A stretch of 64,000 nucleotides of DNA from a virus. Taxonomy: Duplodnaviria > Caudoviricetes. Location: the IMG/VR virus record IMGVR_UViG_3300031555_004349, positions 54,134 through 118,133 of that record, one strand, 5' to 3'. Under the pieces are notes generated by a model that did not search any database, was not told the origin of the DNA, and was given only the letters and a program-made list of their open reading frames with translations. Of the stretch, positions 40,023-47,993 are shown piece after piece (position 1 is the stretch's first letter; each line of letters opens with the position of its first letter). The translations under genes and the position numbers were made by a program.

Positions 40023-40358
40023 ATGAAGTGTGATAGTTTAGAAATGTTAATTAGACAAATATATTATGGAATAATGCAAGATAGTTATGATAGACAAATT
40101 GAAATGAGTTTTGATAATCAAGAAATTATAATGACAGTTTTTGAAAATGAAATTCCTATAAAAATTCATTTTGAAGATGTATATTATGAAGATGGTACAA
40201 AACATAATAAATTAACGGCTGAAGTTTATACTGAATTATGTAGAGTAAATATAGGCGCAGGCTGGTTAAAAGAATTAGATGATATATGTCGTTTAATTGA
40301 AGAAAATGAACATATATTTAGAGTATTATTTGAGAAAGGAAGTAAGAAAAATGGTTAA
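40023..40358 (+). CDS. Hypothetical protein
   Basis: Operon ORF. Confidence 0.55.
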   Translation: MKCDSLEMLIRQIYYGIMQDSYDRQIEMSFDNQEIIMTVFENEIPIKIHFEDVYYEDGTKHNKLTAEVYTELCRVNIGAGWLKELDDICRLIEENEHIFRVLFEKGSKKNG

Positions 40359-40755
40359 AGTTCAATTTAAAAACACTTATGAAAATATATATAATGGTAG
40401 AGAATATTACTACAAAGACTTCGATGGTGTTGAAATTGGAGATATAGTTGTAGTTAATACTCGTAGTGGTTACGCAATCGCGCGAGTTAGTGATATTAAT
40501 TGCACTAATTTTGTGGGCGATACTGATAGATTAGCTACTATTGAAAAAATAGTAATTACTAAAAAAGAATTAGATGAAAAAGAACAGTTAGAAAAAGAAA
40601 AACAAATAAGAATAAATAATTTTGTTAATGAAGCAAAAAGAAAAGCTTTATTAGGACATTTAAGTGATTTTACAACTGACGAGAATTTCTTAAAAGAATT
40701 AGCATCTTTGTCTTTGGTTGAGTTAGAAACAATTTCAAATTTATTATCTTTATAA
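40351..40755 (+). CDS. Hypothetical protein
   Basis: VKVQF..REYYY...IGDIVVVNT SH3-like pattern; ATG 40351. Confidence 0.55.
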   Translation: MVKVQFKNTYENIYNGREYYYKDFDGVEIGDIVVVNTRSGYAIARVSDINCTNFVGDTDRLATIEKIVITKKELDEKEQLEKEKQIRINNFVNEAKRKALLGHLSDFTTDENFLKELASLSLVELETISNLLSL

Positions 40756-40767
40756 AAGGAGGTTCAT

Positions 40768-41058
40768 ATGAGTAAAACTAATGCTGATAAAAAAGTAAAC
40801 AGATATGTTAAAAATTTAAATAGATGTATAGCTAAAGATGTTTTTGGTGATAGATTTTTTCTAAGACAGTACCAAAAAACTAGATATGATGGATTAGAAT
40901 ATTACTTATATGAAATGATAGATAGAGTTGACCCTACAAGAAATAAAGTAATTCATCATTGGTTTTCTAAATTTGAAATTTTAACTTTTCATAATTTAGA
41001 TATGGAAATAAATGATTTTATTGTTTATTCTAATTTTTGGAAAGAATTTAAAAAGTAA
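40768..41058 (+). CDS. Hypothetical protein
   Basis: AAGGAGG RBS. Confidence 0.55.
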   Translation: MSKTNADKKVNRYVKNLNRCIAKDVFGDRFFLRQYQKTRYDGLEYYLYEMIDRVDPTRNKVIHHWFSKFEILTFHNLDMEINDFIVYSNFWKEFKK

Positions 41059-41274
41059 AAATTTGATTTTCATTTAAAAATATAGTATAATTATATTATA
41101 GAAAAAAGAAAAGAGGTACTTAATATATACGCATTAAGTTAAATGTGAATAGCGATAAGTTCTAGCCTCTCTGCCATAGTGGGTACAATCGGCGAGGTAA
41201 CTCTTAAAGATATCCAATAGATGTCGTCGTTTCAATTATGAGTAATATAAAGGATTGGCTATGGAAGTTTATAT

Positions 41275-41349
41275 GGCCCGTTGGGCAAGTGGTTAAGCCA
41301 CCACCCCTTCACGGTGGAGTCAGCAGTTCGAATCTGCTACGGGCTACCA
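41275..41349 (+). tRNA. tRNA-Glu(TTC), atypical C33
   Basis: GGCCCGT/ACGGGCT, CCACC-CCTTCAC-GGTGG, TTCGAAT, CCA. Confidence 0.85.
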
Positions 41350-41408
41350 ACATATGTTAGCGTTTGAGTCATATGCTATAAGGGATATATACCAATGGCT
41401 CACCATAT

Positions 41409-41493
41409 GCCGTCTGTCCGGGTGGTGAGGGCGCTGCCTTGAAAGCAGTTGGTCTGAAAGGGCTTGCAGGTTCGAATCCTGTGGACGGCGCCA
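41409..41493 (+). tRNA. tRNA-Ser(TGA)
   Basis: GCCGTCT/GGACGGC, loop CTTGAAA, long variable arm, G73, CCA. Confidence 0.88.
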
Positions 41494-41794
41494 ATTAAAA
41501 GTTGATTTATATTACAATTTGCATTATAATATAAATATAAATTAGTTGAGAAAGCTCGTAAGCTAATTGGGTAGCTAACCTTGCTATATGTAAACTGCAA
41601 CTCGAGCAATGCAGGTCTCTAATGAGCCGAGAAAATGAAGTAGTGGAAGTCATGAGCCATGAATAAGTATCTCGCTATAATTGCAGTAAACTTTCTCGTA
41701 AAATCATAGGGAGGATTTCTAATTTCAGTCATCTTATGCGACATTTAGGGGACATAAGAGTAGTAGGTGGTCTACTTCAAAACCACATTTAAAT

Positions 41795-41869
41795 GGCCTA
41801 CTCGTTCAACGGTTAGGATAGCACACTGTCACTGTGCAGACAAGAGTTCAACTCTCTTGTAGGTCGCCA
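41795..41869 (+). tRNA. tRNA-Asp(GTC)
   Basis: GGCCTAC/GTAGGTC, loop CTGTCAC, CCA. Confidence 0.9.
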
Positions 41870-41985
41870 AGTGCTTTATTCACAGAGCAACAAACAAATG
41901 TGAAATGACCTATCATTAAATAGGCGTGAGATATTTAATAGTTTGACTGGCAGAGGCGCGATAAAAAAACAAACTATTATTATAC

Positions 41986-42062
41986 GGGGAATTAGCTCAT
42001 CTGGCTAGAGCGACTGCCTTGCACGCAGTAGGTGGCAGGTTCGAGTCCTGTATTCTCCACCA
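41986..42062 (+). tRNA. tRNA-Ala(TGC)
   Basis: GGGGAAT/ATTCTCC with G3:U70, loop CTTGCAC, CCA. Confidence 0.93.
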
Positions 42063-42229
42063 TTAAAGCCGTTCGTTGGAAAACACACTTTCGTCTGCAA
42101 TATGCAGCCCAACGACTGTAACAGATATGTTAGCGACTGTGTGAATTGGTCTATAGGCTAACCAATTAGACTCTTGGATGTGCATAGTTACCTGCAAAGG
42201 TAAGAGGGAAGAAGAACTATGTCGATTAT

Positions 42230-42305
42230 GGGTCACTAGCTCATCTGGTAGAGCACATCCCTTTTAAGGATGGGGTAGAAGGTTCAAGTCCTTCGTGACC
42301 CACCA
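42230..42305 (+). tRNA. tRNA-Lys(TTT)
   Basis: GGGTCAC/GTGACCC, loop CTTTTAA, CCA. Confidence 0.93.
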
Positions 42306-42339
42306 GCGCAGAGATGCGGTTCCTCTCTAAAAGGCCGCA

Positions 42340-42438
42340 AAGGAGTATACCCTTTCTTTATTCAAATTTGTCAAGCGAAGGTTCGAATCCTTCCTGCCTG
42401 GGAAACTGGGCGGTGGCAGAGAGGAAATTGCACTCCTT
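42340..42438 (+). ncRNA. Circularly permuted tRNA-like RNA (YrlA-type order T-arm, capped acceptor stem, D-arm)
   Basis: Closing AAGGAGT/ACTCCTT; GAAGG-TTCGAAT-CCTTC; CTGCCTGG-GAAA-CTGGGCGG; TG; GCA-GAGAGGAAAT-TGC. Confidence 0.7.
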
Positions 42439-42514
42439 CTTAATGAAGTGAGGTCTTGCAAGTTTGACTTTCTATAAAAATTGTTATATAATTATATTAT
42501 AGAAAGAAAGGAAA

Positions 42515-42868
42515 GTGATTAAAGTGATAGAATATTTTTGGGAATATGAATATAAGTTTGGCGAATTTTTACAAAAGATTTTTCCTAATACTTATAAAAG
42601 AAAATACTCTATGACAGGAAATGGAATTTATAATTTGGTAATTGTAAACGAGAAAGTTTATGAAATTAAATTATCACAAGCAGCTTCAATGTTAGAAGAT
42701 AATGGTAAATTTACAACAGATAATTTAAAAAATAAAATTATTCAAAATATAATTAATAACTTAAACGAAGGTACAAAATATACAGTTAATAATGGGAAAA
42801 TAACTTTCAAATTAGGCAAATTTGTAGCAAAAGTTGAAGTAATAAAGAAAGTAAAAATGCCCGAATAA
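42515..42868 (+). CDS. Hypothetical protein
   Basis: sigmaA promoter and RBS upstream. Confidence 0.55.
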   Translation: MIKVIEYFWEYEYKFGEFLQKIFPNTYKRKYSMTGNGIYNLVIVNEKVYEIKLSQAASMLEDNGKFTTDNLKNKIIQNIINNLNEGTKYTVNNGKITFKLGKFVAKVEVIKKVKMPE

Positions 42869-42894
42869 TTTAAAAAAGAAAGGAAGTATTAAAA

Positions 42895-43107
42895 ATGGCA
42901 GTTAAAAAAGATGTAAAACCAGTACAAAAAGTGGAAAAATTAATAAGACAAAAAATATTAGTTCAAGAAGGCGGACGCATGAATTCTGATGTGCCTTGCA
43001 CAACAGTTTATACAGAATTTGTAGAAAGTGCGAAAGCTGCTAAAGTTAGAGTAGAAGAATTAAGAAAAGAATATCCTAATTGCTCAATTTGTTATTTTTC
43101 TGTATAA
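42895..43107 (+). CDS. Hypothetical protein
   Basis: RBS, ATG. Confidence 0.55.
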   Translation: MAVKKDVKPVQKVEKLIRQKILVQEGGRMNSDVPCTTVYTEFVESAKAAKVRVEELRKEYPNCSICYFSV

Positions 43108-43318
43108 CATACATAAGGTGAGTGAAATGCGAAACAGCCTGTAATATGCGTTAGTTTACTAACCAAGCGGCTCTTGTAGCGAGAGAGTGTCAGCGAAGTA
43201 TAACCAGTAGCGGCTCACCAACAAATTTAATTTACCGAACGGTTCGAGTCCGTGACTGCCGGGAGACTGTGGAGGAGCTGTGAAAATCAGCTATAGGAAA
43301 GGTAAATTAAATTCAAAT

Positions 43319-43785
43319 GACCTTAATGTACTTACCTCCTCGTGGTAAGGTCGGGTAGCTCTAAAAAGTACAAAAACAATAATTGTTATGGCTGAATGCG
43401 CTATCAACGGCGTAAGGCACAGACCGAAGAAGTTGGAAGTGACTTCAAGTGAAATTCGATGGAAATATATTAGAGGTTTGGTTTCAAGAGTAATCTAACC
43501 GTGAGAAATTTAGGCTAAGCGGACACTCTGGCGAACTTGCTATTGCAAGACGAGTTGGGGTTGGGTTGAAAGTCGTGGCTTAGGCGCTAGCAGTAAAAGA
43601 TTCCCAAGATGAAGATTGATGGTTATCTTTACAGAGTTGAACTGTTAGTTAGGGGTATTCTGGAATCCCTTATAGAGTAATCTATTACTAATAAAGTGTA
43701 ACGAGGGCAAGTTAGGTTGAGATATGTAAAATTATTGTCAAAAGGTTTAACAGGAGATGCTTTCCTTTAAAAATAAAGCTTCTCA
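43319..43785 (+). ncRNA. Large ornate ncRNA candidate (ROOL/GOLLD-like)
   Basis: About 470 nt ORF-free and GC-richer; GACCTTA/TAAGGTC, TGTACT/AGTACA, GGTTTGGTT/AATCTAACC, long-range ACAATAATT(43376)/AATTATTGT(43730); inside tRNA cluster. Confidence 0.55.
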
Positions 43786-43795
43786 CTTTTTATAT

Positions 43796-43871
43796 GCAGG
43801 TATGGTGTCAGCGGCTAGCATCACTGCCTTCCAAGCAGTTGGGGTCGGTTCGAATCCGACTACCTGCTCCA
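43796..43871 (+). tRNA. tRNA-Gly(TCC)
   Basis: GCAGGTA/TACCTGC, loop CTTCCAA, U73, CCA. Confidence 0.92.
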
Positions 43872-44123
43872 CACTTTATAGCAAGTCAAGTGGAATTCAT
43901 TGTCTTAATAAGAGCTTGATACTACTATAATTTTAATAAACGCTGTGACGCACACAGAAAAACGCTGGTTAGGCGGAAATTCTAACTTGGCGGAGACACA
44001 TCTCTTACGCGCTATGAGTTGGAAACAGGTTTCGCGTATAATAAGTTAGAACCTGTTACTCTTTTTATAGTCCCATAAGTTGTGAACGAGTGATGGACTT
44101 TAAAAACCCACTCGGTAAGTTAT

Positions 44124-44199
44124 AGGGAATTAGTGTTAACGGTTAGCATAACGGTCTCCAAAACCGCAGGTCTGAGTTCGAATCTTAGATTCCCTGCCA
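44124..44199 (+). tRNA. tRNA-Trp(CCA)
   Basis: AGGGAAT/ATTCCCT, loop CTCCAAA, CCA. Confidence 0.9.
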
Positions 44200-44294
44200 T
44201 TTATAAGAGGGTTGAGAGTAGCCACCTCCCTCAAAAGTAACAAAGCTAGTTACATAATAAAAGCATTCTAGATGCAGGTGGTGAATCCTTATAT

Positions 44295-44371
44295 GGCGCG
44301 ATAGCTTAGTAGGCAAAAGCAATCGGCTCATACCCGATAGACCGTAGGTTCGACTCCTACTCGCGCCACCA
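44295..44371 (+). tRNA. tRNA-Met(CAT), elongator (Ile2 not excluded)
   Basis: GGCGCGA/TCGCGCC, loop CTCATAC, CCA. Confidence 0.88.
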
Positions 44372-44789
44372 CCGAGGTTCGGATTAACCGATAATTCAGC
44401 TTGAAGTAATTAATCGGCTTAATTATACGAGGATAATCGAGTGAATTCTGACTCCGATAAATCTCCTCGGACCAATTTGGAATCTATCAGTCGGGTATCT
44501 AGTAATGGGATACTAATGATATAAGATAGCAAGAAAAGATGCTCAAAAGGCGGTGAGATAAGAGGGCTCTGCGACGAGGGTCTACCGCAATCCATAATCC
44601 ACCCAGTAGTTGAAAAGGAATTAACGCCAGAATATAAACTACCTTCGCCAACAGCGATGAAACATACGCGTCAAATGGGGAATGATAGCAGGTTAGCATC
44701 AAACCGTATGTGGTAATAAACTCTTATTAGTGGGCCGAGGGGCGCACTCCAAAATAAATTTCCTATTTTCCTATGTGAAAGGAGTTTCT

Positions 44790-45047
44790 ATGAAAGTTAT
44801 TAAAGAAGGTTATCTTCCACCAGAAAATAGAGTGGAGTGTGAAAAATGTGGTTGTATTTATGACTATGAACCATCTGACTTAATTAAAGAAACTTGTAAA
44901 AGAAAAGAAATAGATGGTACATTATATATGACTGAATGGGAAGTAGTCGCAGAAATTGAAACTGTAACTTGTCCAACTTGTGGTGTGAAGCATTTAATAA
45001 AAAACACAATAAAAGAATATAAACAAGTGCCATTTTGGCCTGAATAG
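44790..45047 (+). CDS. Small Zn-ribbon protein (similar to 15512..15709)
   Basis: MKVIKEG...CEKCGC.Y.Y...CPTCG; AAGGAG RBS. Confidence 0.6.
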   Translation: MKVIKEGYLPPENRVECEKCGCIYDYEPSDLIKETCKRKEIDGTLYMTEWEVVAEIETVTCPTCGVKHLIKNTIKEYKQVPFWPE

Positions 45048-45115
45048 GAGATGATAGTAATGAGTAAAATTACGGACGCTTTCTAATGGGGTAAAACCTC
45101 ATAAGGAGGCAAATT

Positions 45116-45382
45116 ATGAGTAGAAGTTATAAAAAATATCCTTTTTGCAAAGATAGAGATAGTAGCAAATGGGGTAAAAGATATTGTAATAAAATTGTTA
45201 GAAAAGCAAAAGATGTGCCTAATGGTAAGGCTTATCGTAAATTGGTAGAACCTTGGGATTTTATCTATGATTATTCTTTTTCACAAAGCTGGAAAGAATA
45301 TAAGAACTGGTTAAAACAATGGCACTATGAAGAAACTGACAATGATTATTATGATTGGTTTAAAACTTATAAAAGAAAATGA
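45116..45382 (+). CDS. Hypothetical basic/aromatic protein
   Basis: AAGGAGG RBS; MSRSYKK.P start. Confidence 0.6.
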   Translation: MSRSYKKYPFCKDRDSSKWGKRYCNKIVRKAKDVPNGKAYRKLVEPWDFIYDYSFSQSWKEYKNWLKQWHYEETDNDYYDWFKTYKRK

Positions 45383-45452
45383 GGCTGGTATATGATACCG
45401 TAAGAGAATCTGGGATTAATGATTAGTCTGCTCCAGACACCCTCTTTTATAT

Positions 45453-45529
45453 GGAACGGTAGCTCAGTTGGTAGTAGCACGGGACTGAAAATCCCGGTGT
45501 CGATGGTTCAATTCCATCTCGTTCCACCA
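45453..45529 (+). tRNA. tRNA-Phe(GAA)
   Basis: GGAACGG/TCGTTCC, loop CTGAAAA, CCA. Confidence 0.92.
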
Positions 45530-45784
45530 TAGATTATTTAAAGGTTACTTGGTCACCCTTAATTCTTACCTTTCTAGAAGGTGAAATCAAGTTCTGCAAA
45601 GCTAGCAAAAAGAATTAAATAATCTAACCACGGCCACAAAGGTAGTTTAGTACCTGCCGACTCAAACTGCGTGTTTAAGGTAATCGCGCAGGACGACATG
45701 AAAACCTTACTAAACTAACGGGTTAGGCTTATAGAGTTGATTGGTTCCTGTGAAATAAAGAAAAATGTAACTCTCACCATTTAT

Positions 45785-45863
45785 CCGAACGTAGGGGAAG
45801 AGGGACCCCGCCTGTTTTGGGAACAGGACGTTACTGTAGCTTCGAGCGCTACCGTTCGGACCA
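45785..45863 (+). tRNA. tRNA-Pro(TGG), atypical T-stem
   Basis: CCGAACG/CGTTCGG, loop TTTGGGA, GTAGC-TTCGAGC-GCTAC, CCA. Confidence 0.8.
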
Positions 45864-45980
45864 ATAGGTACCACTATGGTGGTTAAATAATAAAGACATA
45901 AAGTAGAGCCTATGTGCGGTCGTGGCAGATTCCACATTATATGGTCGCTTAGTATAAGCAAAGAGAACAAAACTTATACA

Positions 45981-46053
45981 CTTCGCCTATGTAGCTTAGA
46001 TGGTTAGAGCGCTATTTATAGAGACACAGGTTCAAATCCTGGCTTAGGCGAAG
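45981..46053 (+). ncRNA. tRNA-like RNA with truncated anticodon arm, extended acceptor and no CCA
   Basis: CTTCGCCTA/TAGGCGAAG; D-arm TAGCTTAGATGGTTAGAGC; mini arm CTATTTATAG; CAGG-TTCAAAT-CCTG. Confidence 0.6.
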
Positions 46054-46154
46054 TTTAGAGTTAGAGATGTACCTAATCCGTGGCACGGGAGGATGCCGAA
46101 AAACCTCTGGATATTAGATTTTCACATAAAAGAAAATCCAGTACATAAATTACA

Positions 46155-46197
46155 GCCTCCTAGTGAGCCTTTATAGGTTTATTAGGAGGCTTTTATT
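46155..46197 (+). terminator. Rho-independent terminator ending the tRNA/ncRNA cluster
   Basis: AGCCTCCTAGTGAGCCT...AGGTTTATTAGGAGGCT-TTTA. Confidence 0.65.
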
Positions 46198-46258
46198 TGT
46201 TTATTTGACATTTGATAAAAATTATAGTATAATAGTATTATAAATAGGAGGAATATAA

Positions 46259-46450
46259 ATGCAAAAGATTATAAAAGCTTTTTTAGAAACAGTTGTAATT
46301 ATGTTAGTAATTACATTGATTATACTTTTCGCGCTAGTATTGGCGTGGGTTAAATTTCAATTTGGAATATTTTTATATTCAATATTGTTCTTTGGTTTTA
46401 TATTTCTTTTTGTTTACTATGCGGGAGATGACAATAACAATGCAAAATAA
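46259..46450 (+). CDS. Two-TM membrane protein
   Basis: TTGACA-17-TATAAT promoter, AGGAGG RBS, two hydrophobic helices. Confidence 0.6.
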   Translation: MQKIIKAFLETVVIMLVITLIILFALVLAWVKFQFGIFLYSILFFGFIFLFVYYAGDDNNNAK

Positions 46451-47480
46451 AAAGAAAATCATTTTTTATTACCCAGATTTGTATGTTGGGGGAGTAGAAA
46501 TGGCAATTTTAAATTTGGCAAAAAGAATTTATAAAGATTATGACTTACATTTTTTCTATAAATCTATTTCCGATTTAAACTTAGCAAAAGAATTTAATAA
46601 ATATGGTATAATGAGAAATATTAACATAGAAAAACCTCAAGATGAATGTGATACATTAGTATATTGTTCACTATGGCAAGAAAGGGAAGATGCTTGTGGA
46701 GATATACACGCTAGACAAAGAGTTTTGTGGACACACGCAATTATACCGCCAGGTGGTAATAAATTTTATCATTTACCTACAATGAGAAAAATAGATAAAA
46801 TAGTAGCAGTAAGTGAAGCCACAGAACAAAGTATTCCTTACAGATTATACTGTGGAAGATTTGATGGAAAAGTATATGTAATTAATAATATTTTAAATAC
46901 AGAAGAAATTAAAAATAAATCTACACTTTTCGCGCCAGAATTGGATTTAGCAAGTGAATTAAATATTGTTACAGTTGCTAGATTAAGTCACGAAAAAGGT
47001 TGGTTAAGAATTCGTTACTTATGTCAAGAGCTGCAAAAGTTAAATATTGATTTCAAATGGTTCATTATTGGAGAAGGGTATTTTAAAGACCAAGTGCATA
47101 GAATTCATTTAATATTAGATAAAATACCACAAATACAATTTTTAGGAAAACAATTAAATCCTTTTCCTTTTGTGAAACAAATGGATTATTTAGCTCTTTT
47201 ATCAGATTACGAAAGCTGGGGATTAGCTATCACTGAAGGAAAAATTTTAGGAATTCCAACTATTGTAACAGATTTCGCAGCTGCGTCAGAACAGGTAGAA
47301 GATGATAAAACAGGAGTAATTGTTTCAAGAAAAGAGTTTAGCACATATAAAAATGACGCTGCAAGAATTTATAAAAATAAAAAATTATATAAAAATGCTT
47401 TAAAAGATTTTGACTATGAAAAAATAAATGAAATTTCAATTAATACTTGGAAGAAAATTTTTGACGAAGGAGATGTATAA
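46440..47480 (+). CDS. GT-B (GT4-like) glycosyltransferase
   Basis: L.VGGVE, VAVSE, VARLSHEKG, SDYESWGLAITEG...P.I.TD. Confidence 0.85.
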   Translation: MQNKKKIIFYYPDLYVGGVEMAILNLAKRIYKDYDLHFFYKSISDLNLAKEFNKYGIMRNINIEKPQDECDTLVYCSLWQEREDACGDIHARQRVLWTHAIIPPGGNKFYHLPTMRKIDKIVAVSEATEQSIPYRLYCGRFDGKVYVINNILNTEEIKNKSTLFAPELDLASELNIVTVARLSHEKGWLRIRYLCQELQKLNIDFKWFIIGEGYFKDQVHRIHLILDKIPQIQFLGKQLNPFPFVKQMDYLALLSDYESWGLAITEGKILGIPTIVTDFAAASEQVEDDKTGVIVSRKEFSTYKNDAARIYKNKKLYKNALKDFDYEKINEISINTWKKIFDEGDV

Positions 47481-47991
47481 ATTGTTTAAGAGAAAGAAAA
47501 AAATTAAAATAGAAAAAACTATGAAAGAAATAAAAGAAAAACTTGAAGAACAAAGAGAAGCCTTTTTAAAAAGTAGTAAAATTGGAAAAGAAATAGTTGA
47601 AATGGAAGAAATTGAAAAGCGTTTAGAAGCTATTCAAGCTTTGGGTGGAATGATAGGCGCAGAGACAGTTAGAGAGTACAAAAGCTTACAAGAAAGAAAA
47701 GAAAAATTACAAGAAGAAATAGATTACATTCTTTGGTTTGAAACGCACGAAATAAAAATTAGAGAGTTTATGGATAATTTAACTAGCTTTTTAATGAAGC
47801 CTGCCAACAAAACAATGACTTTTAAATGTACACCCAATACAGAATATATAATTATAAATGATAAAAAAGAAATTTTAAATAGAGATTATTTAATAAAATT
47901 TTTACATAAATATGGTTATACAATTGAAAAAGGAAATGTTTTAGGCGAAGAAGCTAAAATAATTAAAATTACATACGAAAGGAGTTTTTAA
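47473..47991 (+). CDS. Hypothetical coiled-coil protein
   Basis: Operon ORF; start uncertain. Confidence 0.5.
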   Translation: MYKLFKRKKKIKIEKTMKEIKEKLEEQREAFLKSSKIGKEIVEMEEIEKRLEAIQALGGMIGAETVREYKSLQERKEKLQEEIDYILWFETHEIKIREFMDNLTSFLMKPANKTMTFKCTPNTEYIIINDKKEILNRDYLIKFLHKYGYTIEKGNVLGEEAKIIKITYERSF

Positions 47992-47993
47992 TT

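Noticed and set aside
41409-41493. Selenocysteine or opal suppressor tRNA
   Set aside because: The anticodon is TGA (reads UCA, Ser), not TCA, and the acceptor is 7 bp
43941-43962. GACGCACACAGAAA as a sixth array unit
   Set aside because: Lacks the GCA of the motif, has no downstream complementary 6-bp strand, and instead forms a local CTGTG/CACAG hairpin
41100-46200. RNase P RNA or rRNA
   Set aside because: No GAGGAAAGTCC/P4 signature or rRNA conserved motifs recognised
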